DNA of 32,000 nucleotides from an uncultured bacterium (GTDB lineage Bacteria; Babelota; Babeliae; Babelales; RVW-14): NCBI GenBank assembly GCA_963759805.1, contig CAVXAT010000009.1, positions 8,635 to 40,634 of the forward strand, read 5' to 3'. Shown piece by piece: positions 24,903 to 32,000 of this stretch (position 1 is its first letter; each line of letters starts with the position of its first letter). The notes under the pieces were generated by a model. It saw only the letters and a program-made list of their open reading frames with translations, ran no database searches and was not told where the DNA came from. The position numbers and the translations under genes were made by a program.

Positions 24903-27107
24903 CTACTCTCCCACTGCTGTTTCTTCGGCTTCTTGCTCTTCAGTCAACTGTTTGGTGCCCTCTTTTTTAGCTTTTTTCTTAGGTAATTTTTTCACGGTTT
25001 TTTGGGCAGCCTTTTTCTCGGATTTTTTCAAGGTTTTGGCAGCTTTCTTCTCCGCTTTTACTGCCTTTTTCACGGTTTTGGCAGCTTCCTTTTTCTCCGT
25101 TTTGGCAATCTTCTTCTCAGTTGTAGCTTTAGCAACTGTTTTAACAAAACGTCTGTGATAATTTTTCCCTTTACGATCAAGTGCAAAGAACATTCCTTTG
25201 GCATTTATAGAGATTGAGTGGAATCCATGAACTTGCTTGCCTTTTTTAGTATTTACAGGGATCCATTTTTTTGTTTTGTAATGTAACTTCCACAGAGAGC
25301 CCTTTTTACCGATAGCAAAGATATATTTTTCGCTTCCGACTGTAATATCTTTTAAGTCAGTTGCTCCGGTCAGTTCTACCCACTTGCTGCCAACTAATTC
25401 ATACGCCTCGCCATCTTTATTTATCTTGATTAAAATTGGCTTTTTATCTGCTGACATACCTGCTGCTATGGATTTTACATTCCCCCAAGATGTTCCTGAG
25501 GCGCCTGCTTTTTGTGCGTTTATTATGTCCGTATCATCGCTAATTTTTACCCAAGATGCTCCGGTTTTTTGTACGTCATATTTGTAAATGATAGAGGTTG
25601 ATTTACCTGGAGTATTAAAATTCTGTACGGCGTAAATATTATCATCATCAGCGATTGTAATATTTTCTAGAACTATGTCTTGATTGGATGCCGGCAATAA
25701 ACTCCAAGCATTTTTTGCCCAATCATATTTTAAAGCCGTAAAATTATCTCGAATGGCAACCACATCACCATCTGATGATACTGCGATATCAATTAATTTC
25801 ACTACCGGATTTGGATTTGTCGAAAATTCCAATGGAGCCTTTTCTTGTACGGATACTGATCTAATTACTCCATCCGAACCTAGGTAGGTAACCGTTAACG
25901 TTTTGCCTTTTCCAAATGCAGGATCTCCAAAAATTTTGTTCTGCCAAGATCCATACTGGTCCATGCCGACAGTTTGGCTTGATAAAACAAGTGTGCGCGC
26001 CGTTGAAGGAATTTGGGTTTGTAGTAGAGCTGTTACATCCTTAGGTTGATCGCCCGCGCCGTAAGTTGCTTTTATAATTTTAATTGAGCATACAGGACTC
26101 TTAATATCCTGTTTAACCCATGGGTTGATTACTTTTTTCGATTTGGAATCTTTCGATGGGGATTCTTTTTTGCTTTGACGTTCTTCATTAACATATTTGT
26201 AAGTATCTCCATTTGCATCTATTGCCCATGCTTCCAATTTATTGTCTTTACGCCCAACAGAAATTTTCTTGAAAGTTCCGGATTCGAGCTTGAACCCTTC
26301 GTGTTTTAATTCAGCCTGTAGAGCAGCTTCTTCTTTGGTTTCCTCAGCTTCCTTGACTGCTTCTTCTTTTGCCGTTGCTTCTTTAGCTTTGGCAGCTTCT
26401 GCTGCGATGTCGCTCGCTCGTGAAACACTAATATTTGTGAAATCGACCTCGCAATCCCAACCACCCAAGCCAAAATATTTTGGAGTAGGAACTATTGGAT
26501 TTGTTATTTTCCATTTACACACTACAGTTTTTGGATTGGCAACATTTCCTGTACCCAATGTGAGTGTTGGGAGTTGTGGAGTGATTGAGGTGTCCTTATC
26601 GAGATATTGTACCCAGTAAGTTTGTCCGCTTACCAGAGTATACGCTATATCATCATTCCCGTGTCCCATGTTGGTTCCAACCAGAATAGAATCATCACTT
26701 AAAAAAGTGGAATAATCTGATTTGTATACTAAGCTTGTGCGGACACCACCGTCTCTTCCAAATGCAAGCCTATAAACATTCCCATTTTGATCTTGTTCCG
26801 CAGAAAGGACTACGACAACGTCGCTAAGTCCACTTGGTAGTGTAGCTGTAAAAAATAATGCATCTCCGGGGTTGTAGGTCCAGCCTGGATTAAAAGTGAC
26901 AGTTTGGCTCTTTGCGGGGTAGGTAAAAGATGTTGAGACAGATTGTTGGATTGGGGTAGGAGCAGGATGGATTATTGGGGCTTTTTGCATTGGTGTTGAT
27001 CCCCAATCTTTTTTAAACTCAGACACCATCATTGAATCGACGTTACTGCTATTAACGGTGCACACCGCTAATAATAAAATAAACGAGTAAGATAAATTTT
27101 TTCTCAT
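24903..27107 (-). CDS. Secreted lectin-like protein, paralog 1: signal peptide, beta-rich N-module, acidic coiled coil, tectonin/tachylectin-like propeller repeats with a nested ATYG (DUF3395-like) module, long K-rich tail
   Basis: Start taken at the second ATG (MRKNL..., 8 nt after AAGGAG). Six repeats fit the pattern hydrophobic-S/A-V-G...W/F-A-hydrophobic...G..Y/W...W..L (for example KISVGRKDNKLEAWAIDANGDTYKY, ITVGSEKYIFAIGKKGSLWKLHYKTKKWIPV). The CDS call is strong; the domain naming is by eye. Confidence 0.8.
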   Translation of the reverse strand: MRKNLSYSFILLLAVCTVNSSNVDSMMVSEFKKDWGSTPMQKAPIIHPAPTPIQQSVSTSFTYPAKSQTVTFNPGWTYNPGDALFFTATLPSGLSDVVVVLSAEQDQNGNVYRLAFGRDGGVRTSLVYKSDYSTFLSDDSILVGTNMGHGNDDIAYTLVSGQTYWVQYLDKDTSITPQLPTLTLGTGNVANPKTVVCKWKITNPIVPTPKYFGLGGWDCEVDFTNISVSRASDIAAEAAKAKEATAKEEAVKEAEETKEEAALQAELKHEGFKLESGTFKKISVGRKDNKLEAWAIDANGDTYKYVNEERQSKKESPSKDSKSKKVINPWVKQDIKSPVCSIKIIKATYGAGDQPKDVTALLQTQIPSTARTLVLSSQTVGMDQYGSWQNKIFGDPAFGKGKTLTVTYLGSDGVIRSVSVQEKAPLEFSTNPNPVVKLIDIAVSSDGDVVAIRDNFTALKYDWAKNAWSLLPASNQDIVLENITIADDDNIYAVQNFNTPGKSTSIIYKYDVQKTGASWVKISDDTDIINAQKAGASGTSWGNVKSIAAGMSADKKPILIKINKDGEAYELVGSKWVELTGATDLKDITVGSEKYIFAIGKKGSLWKLHYKTKKWIPVNTKKGKQVHGFHSISINAKGMFFALDRKGKNYHRRFVKTVAKATTEKKIAKTEKKEAAKTVKKAVKAEKKAAKTLKKSEKKAAQKTVKKLPKKKAKKEGTKQLTEEQEAEETAVGE

Positions 27108-27347
27108 AACCATATCTCCTTAAAAAATACGAAAACCAAACATTACGACTATTAAGAATTATTAACAAAATGTTTTTTGATTTGCAACACTTTAAATTAA
27201 ATAAGTATAAAAAAGGCCCCAAAACTGGTTTGTCGTGGGGCCTTTAACATCAGCGCATGATTTAAATCAGCGTGTAATTTTTTAGAATGTTTATTTGACA
27301 GCTTTTGGTGCTACAGGCTTTTTAACGGCTGGTTTGACTACTTTTTT
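25090..27347. repeat. Copy A of a perfect 2,258-bp direct repeat (tandem duplication, period 2,253 bp)
   Basis: Identity with 27343-29600 starts at 25090/27343 and ends at 27347/29600. The copies overlap by the 5-nt TTTTT junction. Confidence 0.9.
27205..27242 (-). terminator. Rho-independent terminator of paralog 2
   Basis: On the minus strand GGCCCCA (27242-27236) pairs with TGGGGCC (27221-27215), followed by T6. Confidence 0.7.
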
Positions 27348-29360
27348 CTCCGTTTTGGCAATCTTCTTCTCAGTTGTAGCTTTAGCAACTGTTTTAACAA
27401 AACGTCTGTGATAATTTTTCCCTTTACGATCAAGTGCAAAGAACATTCCTTTGGCATTTATAGAGATTGAGTGGAATCCATGAACTTGCTTGCCTTTTTT
27501 AGTATTTACAGGGATCCATTTTTTTGTTTTGTAATGTAACTTCCACAGAGAGCCCTTTTTACCGATAGCAAAGATATATTTTTCGCTTCCGACTGTAATA
27601 TCTTTTAAGTCAGTTGCTCCGGTCAGTTCTACCCACTTGCTGCCAACTAATTCATACGCCTCGCCATCTTTATTTATCTTGATTAAAATTGGCTTTTTAT
27701 CTGCTGACATACCTGCTGCTATGGATTTTACATTCCCCCAAGATGTTCCTGAGGCGCCTGCTTTTTGTGCGTTTATTATGTCCGTATCATCGCTAATTTT
27801 TACCCAAGATGCTCCGGTTTTTTGTACGTCATATTTGTAAATGATAGAGGTTGATTTACCTGGAGTATTAAAATTCTGTACGGCGTAAATATTATCATCA
27901 TCAGCGATTGTAATATTTTCTAGAACTATGTCTTGATTGGATGCCGGCAATAAACTCCAAGCATTTTTTGCCCAATCATATTTTAAAGCCGTAAAATTAT
28001 CTCGAATGGCAACCACATCACCATCTGATGATACTGCGATATCAATTAATTTCACTACCGGATTTGGATTTGTCGAAAATTCCAATGGAGCCTTTTCTTG
28101 TACGGATACTGATCTAATTACTCCATCCGAACCTAGGTAGGTAACCGTTAACGTTTTGCCTTTTCCAAATGCAGGATCTCCAAAAATTTTGTTCTGCCAA
28201 GATCCATACTGGTCCATGCCGACAGTTTGGCTTGATAAAACAAGTGTGCGCGCCGTTGAAGGAATTTGGGTTTGTAGTAGAGCTGTTACATCCTTAGGTT
28301 GATCGCCCGCGCCGTAAGTTGCTTTTATAATTTTAATTGAGCATACAGGACTCTTAATATCCTGTTTAACCCATGGGTTGATTACTTTTTTCGATTTGGA
28401 ATCTTTCGATGGGGATTCTTTTTTGCTTTGACGTTCTTCATTAACATATTTGTAAGTATCTCCATTTGCATCTATTGCCCATGCTTCCAATTTATTGTCT
28501 TTACGCCCAACAGAAATTTTCTTGAAAGTTCCGGATTCGAGCTTGAACCCTTCGTGTTTTAATTCAGCCTGTAGAGCAGCTTCTTCTTTGGTTTCCTCAG
28601 CTTCCTTGACTGCTTCTTCTTTTGCCGTTGCTTCTTTAGCTTTGGCAGCTTCTGCTGCGATGTCGCTCGCTCGTGAAACACTAATATTTGTGAAATCGAC
28701 CTCGCAATCCCAACCACCCAAGCCAAAATATTTTGGAGTAGGAACTATTGGATTTGTTATTTTCCATTTACACACTACAGTTTTTGGATTGGCAACATTT
28801 CCTGTACCCAATGTGAGTGTTGGGAGTTGTGGAGTGATTGAGGTGTCCTTATCGAGATATTGTACCCAGTAAGTTTGTCCGCTTACCAGAGTATACGCTA
28901 TATCATCATTCCCGTGTCCCATGTTGGTTCCAACCAGAATAGAATCATCACTTAAAAAAGTGGAATAATCTGATTTGTATACTAAGCTTGTGCGGACACC
29001 ACCGTCTCTTCCAAATGCAAGCCTATAAACATTCCCATTTTGATCTTGTTCCGCAGAAAGGACTACGACAACGTCGCTAAGTCCACTTGGTAGTGTAGCT
29101 GTAAAAAATAATGCATCTCCGGGGTTGTAGGTCCAGCCTGGATTAAAAGTGACAGTTTGGCTCTTTGCGGGGTAGGTAAAAGATGTTGAGACAGATTGTT
29201 GGATTGGGGTAGGAGCAGGATGGATTATTGGGGCTTTTTGCATTGGTGTTGATCCCCAATCTTTTTTAAACTCAGACACCATCATTGAATCGACGTTACT
29301 GCTATTAACGGTGCACACCGCTAATAATAAAATAAACGAGTAAGATAAATTTTTTCTCAT
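27291..29360 (-). CDS. Secreted lectin-like protein, paralog 2: identical to paralog 1 over about 675 aa, with a different short K-rich tail
   Basis: The track proteins are identical from residue 1 to ...IAKTEKK. The tail VVKPAVKKPVAPKAVK replaces the 61-aa tail of paralog 1. Confidence 0.8.
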   Translation of the reverse strand: MRKNLSYSFILLLAVCTVNSSNVDSMMVSEFKKDWGSTPMQKAPIIHPAPTPIQQSVSTSFTYPAKSQTVTFNPGWTYNPGDALFFTATLPSGLSDVVVVLSAEQDQNGNVYRLAFGRDGGVRTSLVYKSDYSTFLSDDSILVGTNMGHGNDDIAYTLVSGQTYWVQYLDKDTSITPQLPTLTLGTGNVANPKTVVCKWKITNPIVPTPKYFGLGGWDCEVDFTNISVSRASDIAAEAAKAKEATAKEEAVKEAEETKEEAALQAELKHEGFKLESGTFKKISVGRKDNKLEAWAIDANGDTYKYVNEERQSKKESPSKDSKSKKVINPWVKQDIKSPVCSIKIIKATYGAGDQPKDVTALLQTQIPSTARTLVLSSQTVGMDQYGSWQNKIFGDPAFGKGKTLTVTYLGSDGVIRSVSVQEKAPLEFSTNPNPVVKLIDIAVSSDGDVVAIRDNFTALKYDWAKNAWSLLPASNQDIVLENITIADDDNIYAVQNFNTPGKSTSIIYKYDVQKTGASWVKISDDTDIINAQKAGASGTSWGNVKSIAAGMSADKKPILIKINKDGEAYELVGSKWVELTGATDLKDITVGSEKYIFAIGKKGSLWKLHYKTKKWIPVNTKKGKQVHGFHSISINAKGMFFALDRKGKNYHRRFVKTVAKATTEKKIAKTEKKVVKPAVKKPVAPKAVK

Positions 29361-29600
29361 AACCATATCTCCTTAAAAAATACGAAAACCAAACATTACG
29401 ACTATTAAGAATTATTAACAAAATGTTTTTTGATTTGCAACACTTTAAATTAAATAAGTATAAAAAAGGCCCCAAAACTGGTTTGTCGTGGGGCCTTTAA
29501 CATCAGCGCATGATTTAAATCAGCGTGTAATTTTTTAGAATGTTTATTTGACAGCTTTTGGTGCTACAGGCTTTTTAACGGCTGGTTTGACTACTTTTTT
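27343..29600. repeat. Copy B of the 2,258-bp direct repeat
   Basis: See copy A. All embedded track ORFs recur at exactly +2253 with identical translations. Confidence 0.9.
29458..29495 (-). terminator. Duplicate of the 27205-27242 terminator (downstream of paralog 3)
   Basis: Identical sequence at offset +2253. Confidence 0.7.
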
Positions 29601-29610
29601 GACCACTTTC

Positions 29611-29632
29611 TTTTTAGCTACTTTTTAGCTAC
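29611..29632. repeat. 11-bp perfect tandem duplication TTTTTAGCTAC x2 in the tail of paralog 3
   Basis: Read directly. It creates the TAG stop at 29620-29618. Confidence 0.9.
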
Positions 29633-31729
29633 TTTTTTCTTAACAGTTTTTTTCGTGACAACTTTTGCTGGTGCCTGTTTTTGATCAGATGATGCTACAA
29701 GTGTTGTAGTTCCTGATGCTGAGGTTTTAACTGTGACCCCCGCATTCCCTTTGTTGTAAACATCTCCCTCACCATCAAGGGCAAAAATTGTTCCGGCTGC
29801 GTTTACGGAAATTGAACCAAATCCGCTAGCCTGTTTCTTATCTTTGTCAGTAAGTTGAACCCATTTTTTTGTTTTGTAGTCTAGATGCCACAGTGACCCA
29901 TCTTTGCCGACACCGAATATGTGTTTTTCATTGCCGATTGCAACTTCATCTATGTTAGTAGCGCCTGTGAGTGGTATCCATTTTTTATTAACAAATTCGT
30001 AGGCTGATCCACTTTCGCTAACTCCAATAACAATGACAGCTTTTGCAGTTGATAATCCTGTTGCTACATAGATGCCATCGCTAATTTTTTTCCAGGATGC
30101 AGCTGTTTTGCCATCTTTGCTAGCGGCGGTATGGTTGTAAATAATTTTATCTTCCGATACTGCATAAATGTGGCTGCTATTTGCTATAGAAATTTGTGCT
30201 AGCTTAATGGTAGCTGCATTAGATGCGGGTAATTTCTTCCACACCTTCTTTGTCCAGTCATATTCTATGGCTGTTTTATCATCACCACGAATTGCAACCA
30301 TATTGTCTAATGATGATACTGCAACATCAACCAAAGATGGAATAACATTGTTTGCATCATCTTTGAGCGCTTGCGCAGTCCAAGGATTGGATTGTGAAGG
30401 ATCAAATCTGAAAAGTTGTCCGCTTCCATCAGTTGCCCATACTTCTAACCCATCTTTTGCACTACCGACTGAGATTCTCTTGAAATTGCCTGATATGGCA
30501 ATAAATCCATCAGGGATATTTAGTGTGATATTGGCCGCTGGAGTAGTAGGGGAAATATTGATTCCTGTAAATGCGACAGCTGTTGTATCACCGCCAAATC
30601 CAACATAAGCTGGCATCATCCCTATGCTGTAAGATGCGCTTAGAAGGTGCGTAGCATGTTCTGTATCAGTTATTGGGCTTGATGCGCCATAAACATCAAC
30701 ATAACAAGCATCTGATACAGCAATATTTACAAGAAACCATGTGAAGTTTGTACAAGGGGTACTTTCAGAGCTGTATGTTACATATGTGCCGCTCAATGTT
30801 ACACCATTCGATCCAAAATTAATTGTCTGGGAGCCATAGTTACCATAGTAGACCATTCCGCCCGAGTTATATCCAGCCGATGTTGCAAAGCCGACATAAA
30901 AATTTCCGGTAGTAACTGCTTGAAATGTAAGACAAAAATTACTACCAGCGCCTGTTAATCCTGTTTTCCACGCCTGATTGTGATAATCAAGATATCCACC
31001 ACTCGTGTATGAGGAAGATGATGGTGTTGCGACTTGAGGGACGACTGCCCGTATAACACTAATTATCGTGGAGGAAATTGATGATGGTGTTGCGACTTGA
31101 GGGACGACTGCCCGTATAACACTAATATTTGTGAAATCGACCTCATTGGACCAACCTCCAAAGCCAATGTATTGAGGGGTAGGAACTATTGGGTTTGTTA
31201 TTTTCCATTTACACACAACATTTTGACCGGCAACATTCCCTGTACCCAATGCGAGTGTTGGGAGTGGAGTGGAGAGCGAGGCGTCGCTGGCGAGATATTG
31301 TACCCAGTAAGTTTGCCCACTTACCAGATTATATGCTATATCAGCGTTGCCCTTCCCCTGATAACTGGTCCCAACCAGAATAGAATCATCACTTAAAAAA
31401 GTGGAATAATCTGATTTGTATACTAAACTTGCGCGGACACCACCGTCTCTTCCAATTGCAAGCTTATAAACATTTCCTGTTTGATCTTGTGTTGCGGAAA
31501 GGACTATGACAACGTCGCTAAGTCCACTTGGTAGTGCAGGTGTAAAAAATAATGTATCCCCGGGGGTGTAGGTCCAGCCTGAATTAAAGGTAACAGTTTT
31601 GCTGTTGGCGGGGTAAGTAAAAGATGATGGAGTTAGGGGTTGTGGTGTTGCGGCTTGAGCTTTAAAAATTAATAAGCCCAAAGCCAAGAGTGCTAACTTG
31701 CTTGAAATGCTGAATAGATTTTTTCTCAT
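29618..31729 (-). CDS. Secreted lectin-like protein, paralog 3: signal peptide, two copies of the beta-rich N-module, six tectonin-like repeats, K-rich tail truncated by a frameshift
   Basis: 703 aa with AAGGAG 8 nt upstream of the ATG. The N-module is about 85-90% identical to paralogs 1 and 2. The second module ends in the same ...FGG....V.FT.I.IS signature. Propeller repeats include FKRISVGSAKDGLEVWATDGSGQLFRF and VAIGNEKHIFGVGKDGSLWHLDYKTKKWVQL. Confidence 0.8.
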   Translation of the reverse strand: MRKNLFSISSKLALLALGLLIFKAQAATPQPLTPSSFTYPANSKTVTFNSGWTYTPGDTLFFTPALPSGLSDVVIVLSATQDQTGNVYKLAIGRDGGVRASLVYKSDYSTFLSDDSILVGTSYQGKGNADIAYNLVSGQTYWVQYLASDASLSTPLPTLALGTGNVAGQNVVCKWKITNPIVPTPQYIGFGGWSNEVDFTNISVIRAVVPQVATPSSISSTIISVIRAVVPQVATPSSSSYTSGGYLDYHNQAWKTGLTGAGSNFCLTFQAVTTGNFYVGFATSAGYNSGGMVYYGNYGSQTINFGSNGVTLSGTYVTYSSESTPCTNFTWFLVNIAVSDACYVDVYGASSPITDTEHATHLLSASYSIGMMPAYVGFGGDTTAVAFTGINISPTTPAANITLNIPDGFIAISGNFKRISVGSAKDGLEVWATDGSGQLFRFDPSQSNPWTAQALKDDANNVIPSLVDVAVSSLDNMVAIRGDDKTAIEYDWTKKVWKKLPASNAATIKLAQISIANSSHIYAVSEDKIIYNHTAASKDGKTAASWKKISDGIYVATGLSTAKAVIVIGVSESGSAYEFVNKKWIPLTGATNIDEVAIGNEKHIFGVGKDGSLWHLDYKTKKWVQLTDKDKKQASGFGSISVNAAGTIFALDGEGDVYNKGNAGVTVKTSASGTTTLVASSDQKQAPAKVVTKKTVKKKVAKK
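31001..31126. repeat. 63-bp (21-codon) in-frame tandem duplication within paralog 3
   Basis: A 47-nt perfect core occurs at 31017-31063 and 31080-31126. It encodes ISVIRAVVPQVATPSS twice. Confidence 0.9.
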
Positions 31730-32000
31730 AACTATTTCTCCTTGAAAAAATTGGTAAAGTTTTGGATTAAAAATAAGAATATTGCTTACGATTGTATAAA
31801 ATACGACTGAATAGAATCAATGAAATATTTTTGCTCTTCCTCCTTTCTTAAAGCAACTCAGGTCATAAAAAATGCAAAAATAAAAAATATATTACATTGC
31901 AATTGTAACAAAAATATTATTGAGATTGCAACACCCGTTGTTAAAATTAAAAGAAAAAATGTCTGAATGTTGTGTCTGGCTGCTATAAACTATTTTTTTG

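Noticed and set aside
25090-29600. Repeats here and the short repeats at 6087-6203 considered as CRISPR-like arrays
   Set aside because: The large repeat is a 2.25-kb coding duplication. The short ones are degenerate in-frame coding repeats without unique spacers. No cas genes are present.

Overview
AT-rich (by eye about 35-40% GC) bacterial chromosomal window using the standard code. Most of it is conserved housekeeping: ssb, dnaE, tsf-pyrH-frr, rpmF-plsX, fabD-fabG-acpP-fabF and an acyl-CoA carboxyltransferase. Four accessory patches interrupt this. (1) 2.4-4.4 kb holds a large serine recombinase inactivated by a 1-nt frameshift. Its 3' end overlaps tRNA-Arg(CCT). It is followed by tRNA-Arg(TCG) and a ~165-nt GC-rich structured island that ends in a duplicated tRNA 5' fragment. 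(2) 11.3-14.7 kb holds a decayed IS200/IS605-type tnpB remnant, a signal-peptide-bearing SAM methyltransferase and a GT9 glycosyltransferase. (3) 21.1-22.2 kb holds a lone AAA+ ATPase inserted antisense between fabG and acpP. (4) 24.0-31.7 kb encodes four secreted proteins with Lys-rich tails. Three of these form a tandem array of paralogous lectin-like proteins: signal peptide, beta-rich N-terminal module, six tectonin/tachylectin-like propeller repeats, K-rich tail. Two of the three are 100% identical through a 2,253-bp tandem duplication with a 5-nt microhomology junction. This array is the best candidate here for an undescribed, possibly eukaryote-derived, surface or effector system. The second most notable signal is a small GC-rich hairpin motif with a conserved CGTAGCCAC...GGGCG loop and a covarying stem. 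It occurs at the tnpB 3' end, beside the tRNA, and in frame inside dnaE. Several housekeeping genes also carry short in-frame tandem-repeat insertions. No rRNA genes or CRISPR arrays were seen. All homology statements come from motif recognition by eye, not database searches.
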